A stretch of 64,000 nt of DNA from Takakia lepidozioides (lineage: Eukaryota; Plantae; Bryophyta). Below the pieces are notes generated by a model. That model did no database searches. It was not told the origin of the DNA and was given only the letters and a program-made list of their open reading frames with translations. This document shows, piece by piece, positions 36,102 to 49,378 of this stretch. The stretch covers positions 76,818,001-76,882,000 of the forward strand of contig CM060731.1 of the NCBI GenBank assembly GCA_030704615.1, written 5' to 3'. Positions within the stretch are counted from its first letter, which is position 1. Every line of letters starts with the position of its first letter. A program made the position numbers and the translations under genes.

Positions 36102-37860
36102 TTAAGGAGTGGAGGGAAGTCCAGCTCCTAGGGGGATGCATAGTACATTATATCCGAGTGCCCACACATAGTTCCACCGAATTTGACGGAAGGTCTTTCG
36201 TGAAAGATCAATGGCAGTGATGACATCCTCCAAGTTACTCCTCATGAGAACAATGTCAGCTGCTTCAATTGCAATGTCAGTCCCTCCACCTATGGCCATG
36301 CCTACATCTGCTGCCACCAGGGCTGGTGAAACATTGATGCCATCACCAACCATTGCTACAGTTGACCCATCCATCTGCACATTTGAAATTGAAGGCAAGA
36401 TGAAAGCTGGATTTTTGAAAACTCAGCCATGATGTCAGCTTGCACACAGCAGGCAAAGATAATTAAAACAGCAAGGGTACTTTAAAAATTACTCAGTGTT
36501 TGACGAATGCTCCTCACCAACATTGCATAGATGATATTAGATTAGCGTAATTAATTTTGAAATCTCCATATCTGAGAACCCAATGACTGATGCATTCATA
36601 ACTTGACTCACAAAAGAGAAATCAATCTACCTTCCCCTCTTGCGTTTGAGTGTAACTGTCAACCTGCTCACCTTTGTCTCTCGAAATGCAATGGTGAATC
36701 AAAGCAACCAAGTATGTACTAACCACATTGAGGAAACCCAGTTATGTCTACTGATGAGGACAGCTAACCTGCAACTCTTTTACAATGTCGGCTTTGCCAC
36801 TGGGTTGTGTTTCCGCATGGATAGTTTCAATGCCCACTTCTCTTGCAATGGCGTTGGCAGTCCCCCAGTTATCTCCTGTCACCATGATGCTTCTTATGCC
36901 CATGGACCTTAATACAGAGATTACAGCAGCTGCTTCAGGTTTTACAGGATCAGCAATAGCAATTGCTCCAATCAGTTCCTTGCCAATTGCAACCAAGACG
37001 CCTGTTCTTGCGAGAGCTCAGTTTCTTGCAAGATATCACAGGCATCTACTGAGATCGCAATGCCAGACTCTGTCATAAGTGTTCGGTTACCAACTAGCAC
37101 CTCTTTCCCCCCAACCACGCTGCGCACACCTTGTCCAGGAACTGCCTGAAAGTCATGGGGTCCCTGCAGCCCGCTTTCTTTGGATCCTTGGTCACTGTGC
37201 ATACTCTTTGCATACTCCATGACTGCTTTGGCCAAAGGATGCTCACTGTTGGCCTGCATCAATCCAAAGACCCTCAGTTACATTCAGCACCCTCAATGAG
37301 GCAAACTTGTCATCAAGTGGGCTCTTAGATGCCCTGTCTAGTGTAGGAAAAATATATACTCTCTCTCTCTTCTGTACCTGCCCCTCCTACACTGATTCAG
37401 AACAGCTACAGGTTTCCAGGTTCTAGGCTTCAATGGTTAGAGTTCTCTTGCGACTGATTCCCAGCTTAGCGAAAACTGGCGGCACTCGAGACCAATCAGG
37501 GTTCAGTTTGAAGTTGACACCATGAAGAAACTACTTAATGAGCACATAAACGCTCTGTGGACACTTAGAGCGTCCGGATTAGGTTGAAGTTGACACCAAA
37601 TAAAAGTACTAAAGGTTAAGGCGCTTAACCCTGCTTAACTGCTCCATATTGAACTTGCACGTGTGATCTCAATTCTAAACACAGAGCCCAACGATTGCAC
37701 GGAAGTTTAGTCAGCTTGAAAAGGTTATGAACTAGACCTCAGCAGCGGCAACTGTCTCATAGAAGACTTGGAGAGCCATGTTCTTGAATAGCTTGGTGCC
37801 CACCACAATGGGCTTTCCAACAGTCAGAGTTCCTGTCTTGTCAAACACCATAGTTTTCAC
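36102..37860 (-). pseudogene. P1B-type Cu-ATPase (HMA5/RAN1-like) pseudogene, three 3' exons (37860-37738, 37253-36769, 36374-36102)
   Basis: DKTGTLT, SEHPLA, MVTGDN and GTDIAIEAAD motifs; frameshift at ~37015; GDGIND>GDGINV; truncated after YNVLCIPLGAG; 5' exons not found. Confidence 0.9.
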
Positions 37861-38033
37861 CTGCATGTTTGCAGTTCAGCGGGACAGAATGATCAGCTAT
37901 CAGCAAAGGGTTGTCTAAGCCTTTCGGTGAGCAGATGTCAGGCCTGTGGCATTAATAATGGAAGAGGGGAGGGATAACAAAGCAGAGGAGAGGGATGGAC
38001 AAAGGGAGCAAGAGAGTGGTGAAGGGGTGGTGG

Positions 38034-38137
38034 GTACTCATAAGACGTTTACCTTGTGGCCACTGACCCCACGCCCAGTTTGGGTGGAACATGAAATGAA
38101 ATGAAATGGTACTTTATAGACATGGAACATGGGAAGA
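38034..38137 (-). mobile_element. Short 3'-end relic of LINE family 2 carrying a ~30-bp family-1 tail insertion
   Basis: Similar to 52050-52120; tggaacatg duplicated at 38085-93 and 38123-31 around (GAAAT)n-ggtactttata. Confidence 0.7.
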
Positions 38138-40018
38138 GAAATGAAATGAAATGGTGCTTTATAACGTCCGCGGAAAGCTCGTAGAGCTTATGGGACAAAA
38201 TGGAAGAAAACATGAGAGAGGAACAAATCCAGAAACCACAATTAATGTTCTAGCGATTGTCTAAGGGTGAAGGCCTCGTGTAGGTAGGCTGCCAAGCATT
38301 TTTGATCCTCATAGTGAAAGACATCAGTGAGAGTTTGGGTTCCACTGAATAAACAGTGGAATCTCCCACGGATCTCGTAGTATAGAGGGCAGTAGAAGAA
38401 GAAGTGTTCTTCAGTTTCAATTTCCTTGCTGCGCCCTATGCAAGCTGGACATAGGCGGTCCTCCCGTTGCAGGTTTTACCATCTGCCAGTCTCTATCCGT
38501 AGGTTGTGGGAACCCACCCTGAACCGCCCCAATGCCCTCAAGAGGGAAGGAGATAAGGGTGCTGAAAGGTAATTTGGTCTCAAGATTCTATCATCGCGGA
38601 GCACCAAGAATGTCTCTCGATAGAAGTGGAGCTTTGTCATGAGATTGGGTAGCATCCAAGTTCTCTTGACATGTAATTCCATAAGCTCTCTCCGAATGAG
38701 TCTGTTGCGGTCATGTCTGGATGTGATGTCCACCTCATCTGGGTTCATTGGTAATAGGAAAGCAGTAGAAAGTCCGTTACGTTGAAATAAACTGTCCACT
38801 CGAGCATACCAGGAGTTCCTGAAACCTGCAGCTTTGAGCCTCATAGATGTTGTGAGGGCCCTAGCCACTAGCCCTTTGGGTGGAAGGGCCTGCAATCTAT
38901 GGAGAAAGATTGTAAGCCTGAAGAGGGCCTCGGATTGCAATGGTACACATGCGAACTCTGCACCTAGGATCTGAGATGGAGTTGTGCTCCTGGCGCCAAG
39001 CATTGCTTGGAGAAAAGATGACTGTAATGGTTCCAAATTCTTTCCCACCAGGAGACAGGGACACCAGGTGCCCAGAACTCACAACCATAGATGGTAGCAG
39101 GGCTGACGACGGTGTCAAACAGCCACTTTTTGGTCGGGGGATGCCGCAGATGTATTTGCTTGCATTTGGCCTGAAGGCGGACGGAGGCCGCCTTACCTTT
39201 AGTCAACCTGTCCAAGGCAGTGGCTGCAAAGTGAAACTTGGGGGAGTGGATAACCAGACCTAGGTACCGGTATGATTTCACAATCTCAATTTCCTGCTGG
39301 TTGAAGATGAATCTACGATCAGCCTGGCCATTGAAGACCATGATCTTGGTCTTGCTAAGATTGACCTGCATCCCATAGTCTTTGCAGAACTGTTCCAAAA
39401 TTTTGAGATGGTGTTGCAGAAAGACCGGGGATTGTGCCAAAAGGGCAACATCATCAGCATAGAGGAGATCTGATTGGGTTGGTCCCCCATCCAATGGGAC
39501 CCCAACCCCATGGTTTTTTGATATGTAATTCTCCAAGGCGTCAATGTAGATCCCGAACAGGGTAGGTGAAAGGGGGCAGCCCTGTTTGACTCCAATGTTG
39601 CTGTGGATCTCGGCTGAGAATTCACCAGCGACGTTGACCATGCCAGTGACAATCTCATACATAGAAGAGATGGCACAAAGGATGTCTGGAGGGACTTCCA
39701 CTCTATGGAGCCGTTGGAAGAGAAGGTCCCGAGGAACTGAATCAAAGGCTTTGTGAAAGTCCACGAAGCAAACATAGACCATTCTTTTGTCATAGCGTGC
39801 ACTTTCCACCATAACTTGAAGAGTGAAGATGTGGTCAATAGTGGATCGGTTTCGACGGAAACCAGCCTGTCCCTCAGCACGAATGCGAGAGTGCTCAGCC
39901 CAATCATCCAGTTCCATGGCCACTACTGCCCCAAACAGTTTAGCAAGTAATGAGGACACCATGATAGTACGATAGTTTGTCGGTGCGAGCCTGTCACCAC
40001 TCTTAAAAAGTGGGTGGC
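38138..40018 (-). mobile_element. 5'-truncated RTEX-like LINE (family 1), RT through tail
   Basis: Near-identical inverted copy of ~11018-12890; RT YADD; (CATTT)n tail. Confidence 0.95.
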
Positions 40019-41531
40019 GCGGCATTGAAGGGTAGTGCGGGGATGGAAGAAGCACTTGCTTGAGGCTCTCGCTTGGAGACCCAGGGGAGGAGGAGGGGTC
40101 CCTCTTTAAGATTGCCATGTCGATAATTCGTGACGCCATCTGAAAAAATTGAGTGCTTCAAACCAATAAGCAAAACCAGGTCGTAATTTCTGCTAAGCTC
40201 TCCACCCAACCATAGAAGCACACAGCAAGAACAATTGATCTGTGGCTTCACCCCCAAGCTTCTTATAATGTTCTAGCTAAAAGCAATCACTAAAGACTTG
40301 CCTTTTAGACCTACTTTTACTATATATGTTAGTAGTCCCATAATGGACTAGCTTTACTTTAAGACAAAAGCCTCTCTAAATAGAGAGCTACTTAATATCT
40401 CTAATTTTATCTACAAGTCAAGTTGTAGATTCGTTGAATATGGAGCTGTTTTCCAACACCCTCTCTCAGCGAGATAATCATGTAATCTCAACCTTCCAAT
40501 GTCTTTGGAGAAATAACACCAAGTACAAGGTGTGTTTTTTCCACTTGATGTGCTTAGGCTTTGGTGAGTGTTTTTTCCCTCCTCGCTGCCGTTCCAATTT
40601 CAACTTCAATTACTCACACTAGGTTGTATTGGTTCTTCCAAGAAAATTTGCCTCCCACGTTTCCCCCTCTCAATTCTTCCCTACACAAATCAAATCCACT
40701 CATTGTCACACTCACACTCCCTGAAAAAATCGGACTGAATTCTAAATTCTTCAATCCTCCAAAAACAAAACCCACCTGCACTCATCTCCTCCCTTTCAAA
40801 CCTGTCCACTCACCACCTCCTCTTCAACCTTTCCACCCCCTATCCTTCTCTTTTTCTGGAAACAAGGAACTCAAAAGGAAGCCCTAGAAATTGCATAATA
40901 AAAGGGAGAGTACACAACCTAACAAGGGCCGTAAAGGCGAGCGCATAGGGAACTACAGATGACCAGAAACAAGAGAGAAGGCCGAGCACCTAAATAAACA
41001 GAAAGAAAGACGAGGAGGGCCAAGAGGGCAAAACACAGAGGAAAAAAGAAGTAGAAAAACACAGAAAGGAGTTGGCAAGCTAATGGCCAATGCAGCTGAA
41101 AGGGGCCTTGATCCTAAGGTTTGTACACTTGCAATGGCGTCTTAGGCACCTTAGGATCTTCACTATCTAGAGATGAGTGCCCAATTGTTGTGGAGTGAGT
41201 CATTCCACTGGATGCACATATATATGTATGTATATATATTTATAGCAAACATTACTACGAATACAAGCTGAGAAGGGACATTCAAGAAGCTTAACACGAT
41301 CCTAGGAACATAGTCTCGAATCTTCCCGTGCATTGCACAAGCATGTGGACATCAGGAAGAACACAGAAACGAAATCTGTTAAACACCTGGCTTATTGCGC
41401 ATCAAAATTATAGGCACGTTGAATTCCCTGCAAAGACCACTTGAGTTGAAATACAGTAATTTAAAGGTAAGCTTCTTGTAGTGTAAGAGCAGCAGGTTGG
41501 TCTACGGTTTAAACCAGAGCGACAACTATAC

Positions 41532-41718
41532 CTCGGCCATGCTGCGGATCCCCTATCTGGAGCTCCTTCTCACACTTCCTTGCACGCTCAGAAATAGCTG
41601 CCCCGAGCGTCTCCCAAGAAAAAGTGAAGAACTGCAAGGTGTAAAGGTGTAAGCCTGCCAAGGAAGTGCCAAGGAAGTGGCAGCAGCTCCAGCCATCACT
41701 GCGGCAATAGAGGCCATG
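41532..41718 (-). pseudogene. Possible first exon encoding a plastid transit peptide, with an in-frame stop
   Basis: MASIAAVMAGAAATSLALPW..SVRRSSR*GIRSMAE followed by a GT donor; downstream exons not identified. Confidence 0.35.
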
Positions 41719-43209
41719 GTTGCAAAGGTCTGATCGAAGGAGCGGATCAACAAACCCCCAAGCCCGCAACAGCTTCGTGTACACAATAATCGGCGGTGCG
41801 TAGCGTGGAGAAGTGAGAGAAAGAATGCAGCGCATTCTCCTGATATTCGCCAAACCGCCCCCCTGTACCGTGCACTTTTCCATCTTTACTGCTCGGGGAA
41901 AGAAGCTTGCTTGTGGGCAAACCAACCACGTGTCGGAGGGAATTCCCTACTCTAAGGGAATTTCTCTGGGCATTTGTTGGGACTTCAGACCTCCTTTCTA
42001 GTCTTTCCTTTCCCATCTCCTTCGCATCAATGACTAAACAAGACTGGAATGTGATTCCATTGCTGCACGATCACATAGAAAGATCCCTTGAGATCCCTTG
42101 CACCATTCAAATGAGCATATGAACCAAAACCGGAAGTGGGCCATGGTGAACAGACCATTGCTCAAGAGCTCTCAACCCTATGCCTCATGAATGCTTTATG
42201 CTTCTGTGGAACAAAGTCCATGAGATCCGGACTCATGAGCATCATTACGTTCTCTTAAAACTGCTCAAAACAAGTGATGTATCTCGCAAACTTATTTGTT
42301 TCTTCAGTTGAAACGAGATTTCTCTAAAAGTCTCGAGCTCCTCAAATGGTACTATCTGAGGCCCAAATGGTAGTAAAAAGAGAGACATCTAAACACAAGA
42401 TTCTAGTGTTGTGCAAAGGCTCCATTTGTGGAAAGTGCCCGTGCTATTTGAAGGATCCAGCACATTGCGCCCACTATCTCCAATGCGTGGTCATTCAAAT
42501 GATTTCACATGAGTTGGAAGGTTGATCTTCTTGGGGAAAAGAAGTCTGAAATGAAGAAGTTCAGGTGGCACACCTGGTAGTAGCGAGGGAACTCTTCGTG
42601 CTGGTCCGGTGAGGAACAACGAACTTTTGACATCTTTGGTTGTGACTTCTAGCTTCGCATTGGCAGATTTGGGGATACTTCAGTAGAGTACTGCACGTGC
42701 AGCCTTACAATCACAATCTATCGCCCTTCAAAGTAAAAGGCGCATTCCATTGGGTACTTAAACAACTACAGGGTTGTTCCGAAACGGTGCCTTGCAAGGT
42801 GCTATCATCAGAGCTTTGGGTGACTTGTTGGGGGTCGCTGTAAGCAATTCAAAGAGCACCTGGGAAAAAGCTCCCCGATGGGCATCCAACAATTTCCAGA
42901 GAAGTTGGGTGGGAAAAAGCAGTTTTCTGGAAAGCATTCCGTAAGCTCCGTTCCCTAAGGCATTCGTCAGTCGCTAACACCTCGTAAGGCAAGTGTGTGG
43001 CGTCCCAGGAAACGAAAATCTCCTTACGGCTCTACTTACCTGCAACTCGTTTGCACCCCCGTCGAAGAACTCCATTGTAAGACATAGTTTTGCAATCTTC
43101 TTCAGCTGCTATGTACATTGCGTGGCAATCATATAATCCGGTGAAAATTGGAGTTCTATGGGCTACCAACACAGGAGCTACGTCCTGTGTTACTCGCAGT
43201 TCACTCAAA

Positions 43210-44190
43210 ATTGATGTTTGCCAGTGGTTGCACCGAGGCAACCCAGGCCCCACGGACCGCGTCACAGGGACCGGTGGGGATGGAACTTATGTGAACGACG
43301 GCAGGGGATGCGGCAATGGATTTTCTAGTGGGAAACAAAGAAATGTGTCGGCTGGATGGGGTAGGCTCCCCATAAGTACAACCAGGCAGTGAGAGGGTGT
43401 GCAGCGGAGCACCAACTGGTAGCCGTGCTTAGAGGTCACTGCTCGCATGGAGAAGATTGCAATTTTCTTCACACTCACACCACCGCCCCGATGTGGAGAT
43501 GATGACCCAGCTTGATGGCCATGAAAAGGTACCATTTGTAGCTTGCTTGTGCCTCTTGTGAAGTTTCGCTTCGTTCCACCTTCTCTTTTGTCATTGTAGC
43601 AGCAGGTTCGAATATCGGTGTATTGGTTTGCTATCTGTGGCTCTTTGCTCTCACCTCTCTTTGGGCTCTGACTAAAGGGATATTCATGTCAATGGATTCC
43701 GTGGGGTTTGGCAGGCGGTTAGAGCAATAGCATTGCCAGCAGGATCTTCCCAGCTTTATGAGTGGACAAGATGAAACAATCCGGGTGTGAGACTGCACTG
43801 CAGACATGGTAAGCACTACATATTCACTTTCCTCCTGTGTATGTTGCCCTTGTCTAACCAACGAAGATAGGGTTTTGGGGCTCCATTTCTGGCTACTAAT
43901 TCATAAATCCACTGGGGCTGGGTACCGTGCAGATGGGATGAGATGTGGGTGCTTTGCCAAGTGCACCAGGATGGGGGTTTACCAGCCTCATCAATAGAAG
44001 GTAAATTCTCAGTCCACATTTACTATGGACTCCCCAGTGATGTCCTATGAGCTTGTCCTTAAATGTTTGCTGCAATGGGCAGATGACACAGAGATTTTGC
44101 TGTTTTGCCAGTTTATCCGAGCTGGTTTCGAATTTCCCTACCAACAGCGAGGTACCTGGGTGGACAGACATGGAATATGCAGACGTCAAT
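43210..44190 (+). pseudogene. CCCH zinc finger plus WD40 (ZFWD-like) pseudogene
   Basis: LRGHCSHGEDCNFLH..MMTQLDGHEK|gt(43529); exon from 43715 AVRAIALPAGSSQLY/SGQDETIRV*DC|; then GTVQMG*DVGAL and TWNMQT; stops and frameshifts. Confidence 0.78.
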
Positions 44191-45595
44191 CTGCTGAATT
44201 TGAATCGACTTTTGGGTTGAGTGGGCATATTACAAAGAAATTTGCCTAGTATATAGGTCAGCTTGACTGATTTGACATATTCTTACTTGAGGAAATCCTG
44301 ACTTAGAAGTTAGTGGAACGACCTCCATTAGTTGTGTGGTGGTTGACATATTCGGCTGTGCCTTGGCAGGGTGCTTTGTGCAGATATTTGTGTATAGTAG
44401 TCTTGCTCAAGTTAAGCAGGATGATGTATCAGTTTAGGTTTACACAATGACACAATTGGGGAGATGCTAAAGTAAAGCTTGTTGAGTGAGACCACAATAT
44501 GTGCAAATGTTTCAGGGGAAAAGTTACCTGATGCCAAGTATGGTGGATCATGATCACTGGAAACTTGATTGGGGATCCTGGCCGCTCTTCTCATTTGGAA
44601 GACAAGCAGGCAAGAGCTGAAGGAGCAGTCACCTTACTGATGAAGTATGGCTACAAGCAAGGTACTCATTCAGGCTCTTTAAACACTTTGAAGCGTTGCA
44701 TAGCATGGCATTTAGAGAGTAGACACTAGACACTATGAAGAGTTAACATTGACTTGACTAGCTCTACCTTCCTTTTGGGAATGGGTGCTTACACCACCCC
44801 CTCCTCTGGAGCATGAGCTGAAATAGGTACCTGTTGCTAGCTGACTTGTATCCCTACTGTCTGCTGAAACTGCTGAAAGGACCTTCCCGACCTCTTCTCA
44901 GCTATAAAAGGGGGGTAACTGGGTCAACCAGTTACTAAATGTGTGGGTTGAAATTGTCAGCTACTCGCTGCGAGGGAAAAAATTTGTTAATTTTGACCCG
45001 CCTCCTCTAGTCCTACCTTCCTTCGCTTAACCTCCCTGCGAGGCGCGTTAGTTGTTGCTGAAAGAGACAGGGATTGAATGTGTGTGCAGATGAATCCCAG
45101 TGGACCACATTTCAGGCACAAGAGTAGCTACAAGAAACTTGTGTGGTTAGATGGTGAAATGGGGAAGCTGGAAGCGGCTATGCAAATGTCTGCCGTCAAC
45201 CCTGGCATATGGGGATGGTCGGGCCGCTTCCAGTATGGCATCTCTCCTCTTTAAGAGATGCAGATGTCATGGACTTCTGATGTTTCTGTTTCTGTTAGTG
45301 TTCTGCAAAGTACTCTCAAGATTACTTCTCCCTCAATAGAGATGTGGAGCATTTGTTGTGTCAGCAGGGTGCTGAAGGAAATGGTAGATTCATATTGGTC
45401 CTGCACCTGATGTCCAAGTTGGTGTATTTGTTGCAAACATGCAACTTTTGTGCTCTGATCTATAAGGTTAACCAGCACATAAAGTCTGCTTGTATGAGCC
45501 TGTCCTCATGAAGAAATTTCCTCCCGAAGTACTTAGGAAATACATTTTGTGAGTTTGTGTCAAGATTTGTAATAAAGAGATTTGAATCGTGCAGG

Positions 45596-48121
45596 ATGGC
45601 AGCCTTGAATCAAGCACAGTTGATTGAGTCAGCCAGCATGACCATGACCGCTGCTTTTGAAAGATGTCCAAGCAAGAAAATCAACAAAACATCTTCTGGC
45701 AATTGTGGGGATCTGTCAACACTATGTAGTGCAGGAAAAGTTAAAGAGGTGCTGCAGATTTTGAACGAAGGAAGGATTGTGGCGGATCACAATATATATG
45801 TCTGTCTCTTGCAGGCGTGTATCAAGATGAAAGGCCTTGCAGAGGGAAAGCGGGTGCACTATCTCATTATCCAAAGTGGATTCAAACCAAACAGCTTTAT
45901 ACTCAACACCCTTGTCAACATGTATGCCAAGTGCGGAAGTGTGGAGGATGCACGCCTAGTATTTGACAAAATGCCTGAAAAAGATATGTTTACATGGAAC
46001 ATAATGATTGCAGCATATGTCAAGCATGAGTGTGGTAGAGAAGCCCTTGAGATGTATGAGCAAATGATTCAAGAGGGGATGGTGCCTGACAGGGTAACAT
46101 TTACATGTGCTCTCAAGGCATGTGCCAGCCTTGCATCCCTGCAAATGGGCAAAAAGGTCCATGCCGATATCATGACAGCTGTACTTGTGCGAGATATCAT
46201 TCTTGAGACTGCCCTTGTTGACATGTATGCCAAATGTGGGAACATCAAAGATGCACGTCATGTGTTTGAAAGTATGGCTGAACGAGATGTCGTCTCGTGG
46301 AATGCCATGATTGCAGGATATGCTCAGCATGGGTGTTGTAGGGAGGCTTTCAACACCTATGAGCAAATGATACAGGAAGGCGTAACACCTAAAAGAGTCA
46401 CATTCATTTGCCTTCTCAAGGCGTGTACCAGCGGGGCAGCCCTGGAAAAGGGCATTGAGGTTCATGCTGACATCGTCAAAGCTCAAATTGGACCAGATAT
46501 CACTCTTGACAACACCCTTATTGACATGTATGCCAAGTGTGGGAGCATGAACTATGCATGTCAAGTTTTTAACAATATGGCTATGCGAGATGTGGTCTCA
46601 TGGAGTGCAATGATTGCAGGATATGTTCAGAATAGGTGTGGTTGGGAGAGTCTCCAGATCTATGCACAAATGATACAGGAAGGGGTGACGCCTAACCAGG
46701 TGACATATATTAGCATTCTTAATGCGTGTGCCAGCCTGGCAGACTTGGAAAAAGGCAGGGAGGTCCATGCTGATGTCATCAAAGCTGGAATCATGCCAGA
46801 TGTTATTCTGGGGACTGCACTTATCGACATGTATGCCAAATGTGGTAGCATGAATGAAGCGTGGCAAATGTTCAACAAGATGGCTAAGCGAGATGTGGTC
46901 TCGTGGAATGCCATGATCGCGGGATATGCTCAGCATGGGTGTGGGAGGGAGGCTTTTGACACCTATGAGCAAATGATAGGGGAAGGAGTGACACCAGATA
47001 AGGTCACATTCACCTTCGCTCTAAAGGCCTGTGGCATCCTGGCAGTTCTGGAAAAGGGCATGGAGGTTCACGATGACATCATGAAAAGTGGAATTGCACA
47101 AGATATCATCGTGGAGAATACCCTCATCGATATGTATGCGAAGTGTGGGAGCATGAAGGATGCAAGTGAAGTTTTTGATGATATGGCTAAGCAAGATGTT
47201 GTCTCATGGAGTGGGATGATTGCAGGGTATGGTCAACACGGGTGTGGTATGGAAGCCCTGCAACTGTTTGAACGAATGCAACAGAATGGATTGAAGCCAG
47301 ACGGCATTTCCTTTATATGTGTTCTCTCTGCATGTAGACATGCAGGCCTAGTGGATGAAGGTCTTTATTACTTCAATTCCATGCATCATGATCATGGCAT
47401 CAGTCCAACAATGAAACATTTTGGCTGCATGGTGGACCTTCTTGGTTGTGCAGGGCAGTTGTATGAGGCAGAGGTCTTGATCAACCAAATGCCAATGGAA
47501 CCGAGTAGTTCATTGTGGCAGGCCTTGCTTAGTGCCTGTAAAATTCACAGCAAGGTGTTGGTAGCAGAACGTGTGGCAGAACGCCTTCTAAGGTTGGATC
47601 CACATGATGCTGGAACTTATGTGCTACTATCAAACATCTATGCTATGGTTGGCCGCTGGGATGATACAGCAAAGGTGAGAAAATTGATGCAGGTCAGAGG
47701 TATCCAAAAGGTGCCAGGTTGCAGCTGCATTGAGATAGACAATGTTGTGCATTCGTTCATTGTAGACGATGACTCACATCCACAAATCAAGGAAATACAT
47801 GCTGAGTTGAAGAGATTGTCTGGGAAGATGAAGGAGGCTGGGTATACGCCTGACACACGCTTTGTATTGCATGATGTGGAGGAGGAGATGAAGAAATTTT
47901 CTCTTTGCCACCACAGTGAGAAACTGGCTATTGCTTTTGGACTCATTAGTACCCCGCCTGGAACACTTCTCCGCATCATCAAGAACCTTCGGGTTTGTGG
48001 TGACTGCCACACAGCCACCAAGTTTATCTCGAAGATTGTTGATCGAGCAATTGTTGTCCGGGATGGGAACCGCTTTCACCACTTTCAAGCTGGGGTTTGT
48101 TCTTGTGGTGATTACTGGTGA
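45596..48121 (+). CDS. PLS-class PPR protein with E and DYW (PG-type) domains, organellar C-to-U editing factor
   Basis: Intronless ORF from ATG 45596; P-L-S repeats, PGCSCIE, HSEKLA, CGDCH, terminal CGDYW. Confidence 0.96.
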   Translation: MAALNQAQLIESASMTMTAAFERCPSKKINKTSSGNCGDLSTLCSAGKVKEVLQILNEGRIVADHNIYVCLLQACIKMKGLAEGKRVHYLIIQSGFKPNSFILNTLVNMYAKCGSVEDARLVFDKMPEKDMFTWNIMIAAYVKHECGREALEMYEQMIQEGMVPDRVTFTCALKACASLASLQMGKKVHADIMTAVLVRDIILETALVDMYAKCGNIKDARHVFESMAERDVVSWNAMIAGYAQHGCCREAFNTYEQMIQEGVTPKRVTFICLLKACTSGAALEKGIEVHADIVKAQIGPDITLDNTLIDMYAKCGSMNYACQVFNNMAMRDVVSWSAMIAGYVQNRCGWESLQIYAQMIQEGVTPNQVTYISILNACASLADLEKGREVHADVIKAGIMPDVILGTALIDMYAKCGSMNEAWQMFNKMAKRDVVSWNAMIAGYAQHGCGREAFDTYEQMIGEGVTPDKVTFTFALKACGILAVLEKGMEVHDDIMKSGIAQDIIVENTLIDMYAKCGSMKDASEVFDDMAKQDVVSWSGMIAGYGQHGCGMEALQLFERMQQNGLKPDGISFICVLSACRHAGLVDEGLYYFNSMHHDHGISPTMKHFGCMVDLLGCAGQLYEAEVLINQMPMEPSSSLWQALLSACKIHSKVLVAERVAERLLRLDPHDAGTYVLLSNIYAMVGRWDDTAKVRKLMQVRGIQKVPGCSCIEIDNVVHSFIVDDDSHPQIKEIHAELKRLSGKMKEAGYTPDTRFVLHDVEEEMKKFSLCHHSEKLAIAFGLISTPPGTLLRIIKNLRVCGDCHTATKFISKIVDRAIVVRDGNRFHHFQAGVCSCGDYW

Positions 48122-48752
48122 AATGAGCAATTTAGTTGAAGTAAGGTACCTCTGTAAGTGTAATCCTTTTGAGCTCGGGCAACTGAAACCAAAAACTCTC
48201 AAAACCAGAAACTCTGTAGTTTGGGCACCTTATTAATTTGCGTAAGACAGCCTACTTAATGCACTAATCTGTCAACCAAGGGAAGATAGAGTTGATCTAT
48301 TCCCATTGAGATTAACACACATCATGGTATTATATTATGGTCCACATCATTTGCAACTCAGTCAAAGGTGCTATGAACAGTATGGATGCAGTGTTAGGTC
48401 TGTCATGTCACTCTTACCCTTGTCGCGTGTGAATAGTGTGCAGCTCACTAGCTTAAACTGTCAACTATGAATTGTCATAGTTGGAAACTATGTATTTGAT
48501 TCTGCAGTTGTGCTGTTCAGGAAATGCTGCATAATCCCAATCCAGAAGATTCTAATCCCTCCTTGTAGACTGCAAGTCCCCAATGAGAGGACAAAAAGAG
48601 AAGAAGGGCATGAGGACGGGATTAAACTGGGGAAGGAAGCTAGCAGTCCCCCCAAGAGTGCAGCACAGCCCACCACATGCCATACACAAACCCCAGGGCC
48701 ATGGACTTGTCTGTTTGACTAGTACTCCACTATTCCTAAACCACCTCGGCAA

Positions 48753-49378
48753 TATGGAGGAGATTTGCCTTTTAGTGATGGTAGTGTTGGCCTGGGTGCC
48801 ATATCGAAGCCTTGTCCGCTTTAAGTTGGTTTGTAAGTTCTGGAATTCCCTCCCATCTACTGCTTGTTTCCAACAACTCTCTCAGCAGCTCCCTCTTCAT
48901 GAAGAGCCCTATGTCTCGGCTTCATACAGATACTTCAGCCCAGATGTTTCGTATGCTCGACGGTGGCACAAGATTGGCCTCAAATTTCCCAAGGTCCATC
49001 ATCACTATACACAGCATGAGCTGCAGATGGAGGCTTATTTTGCATAATTGGCGCTGCATGGTAAGTCATCATCGATCGCCAGTTATGCAAAATAAGCCTC
49101 CATCTGCATAACTTATGGGACAATCTTGTCATCATCGATCGATCGGCTTATCATGGATTGTGTACAATCCTCTCTTGAACAGTTCCAGACAATTGCCCGC
49201 CCTGCCTCGCAGTGCAACACATTTGGACCTGCAAATAGTAAGTAGATTTGATTGTGGACAGATGCACCAAGACCTAGAAGGTCGTTGTGATATCAACGAC
49301 GACGACACGAGGAGTGGTTGGAGAAAACACATCTATGACTCAATTTGCGAGCCTTGGGCCGAGACTGGAAATATGTGA
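48753..49378 (+). pseudogene. Rearranged F-box pseudogene (fifth family member) with an internal inverted duplication
   Basis: MEEIC..YRSLVRFKLVCKFW..RRWHKIGLKFPK..SWIVYNPLLNSSRQLPAL, with deletions and frameshifts. Confidence 0.85.

Noticed and set aside
38964-40139. Stand-alone 391-aa reverse transcriptase gene
   Set aside because: Truncated LINE fused by chance to ~40 codons of flanking sequence
42100-43200. Minus-strand coding-like stretches here and at ~53930-54240, 60040-60424 and 62905-63765
   Set aside because: Short or broken frames with no motif I can recognise; BLASTX would be needed
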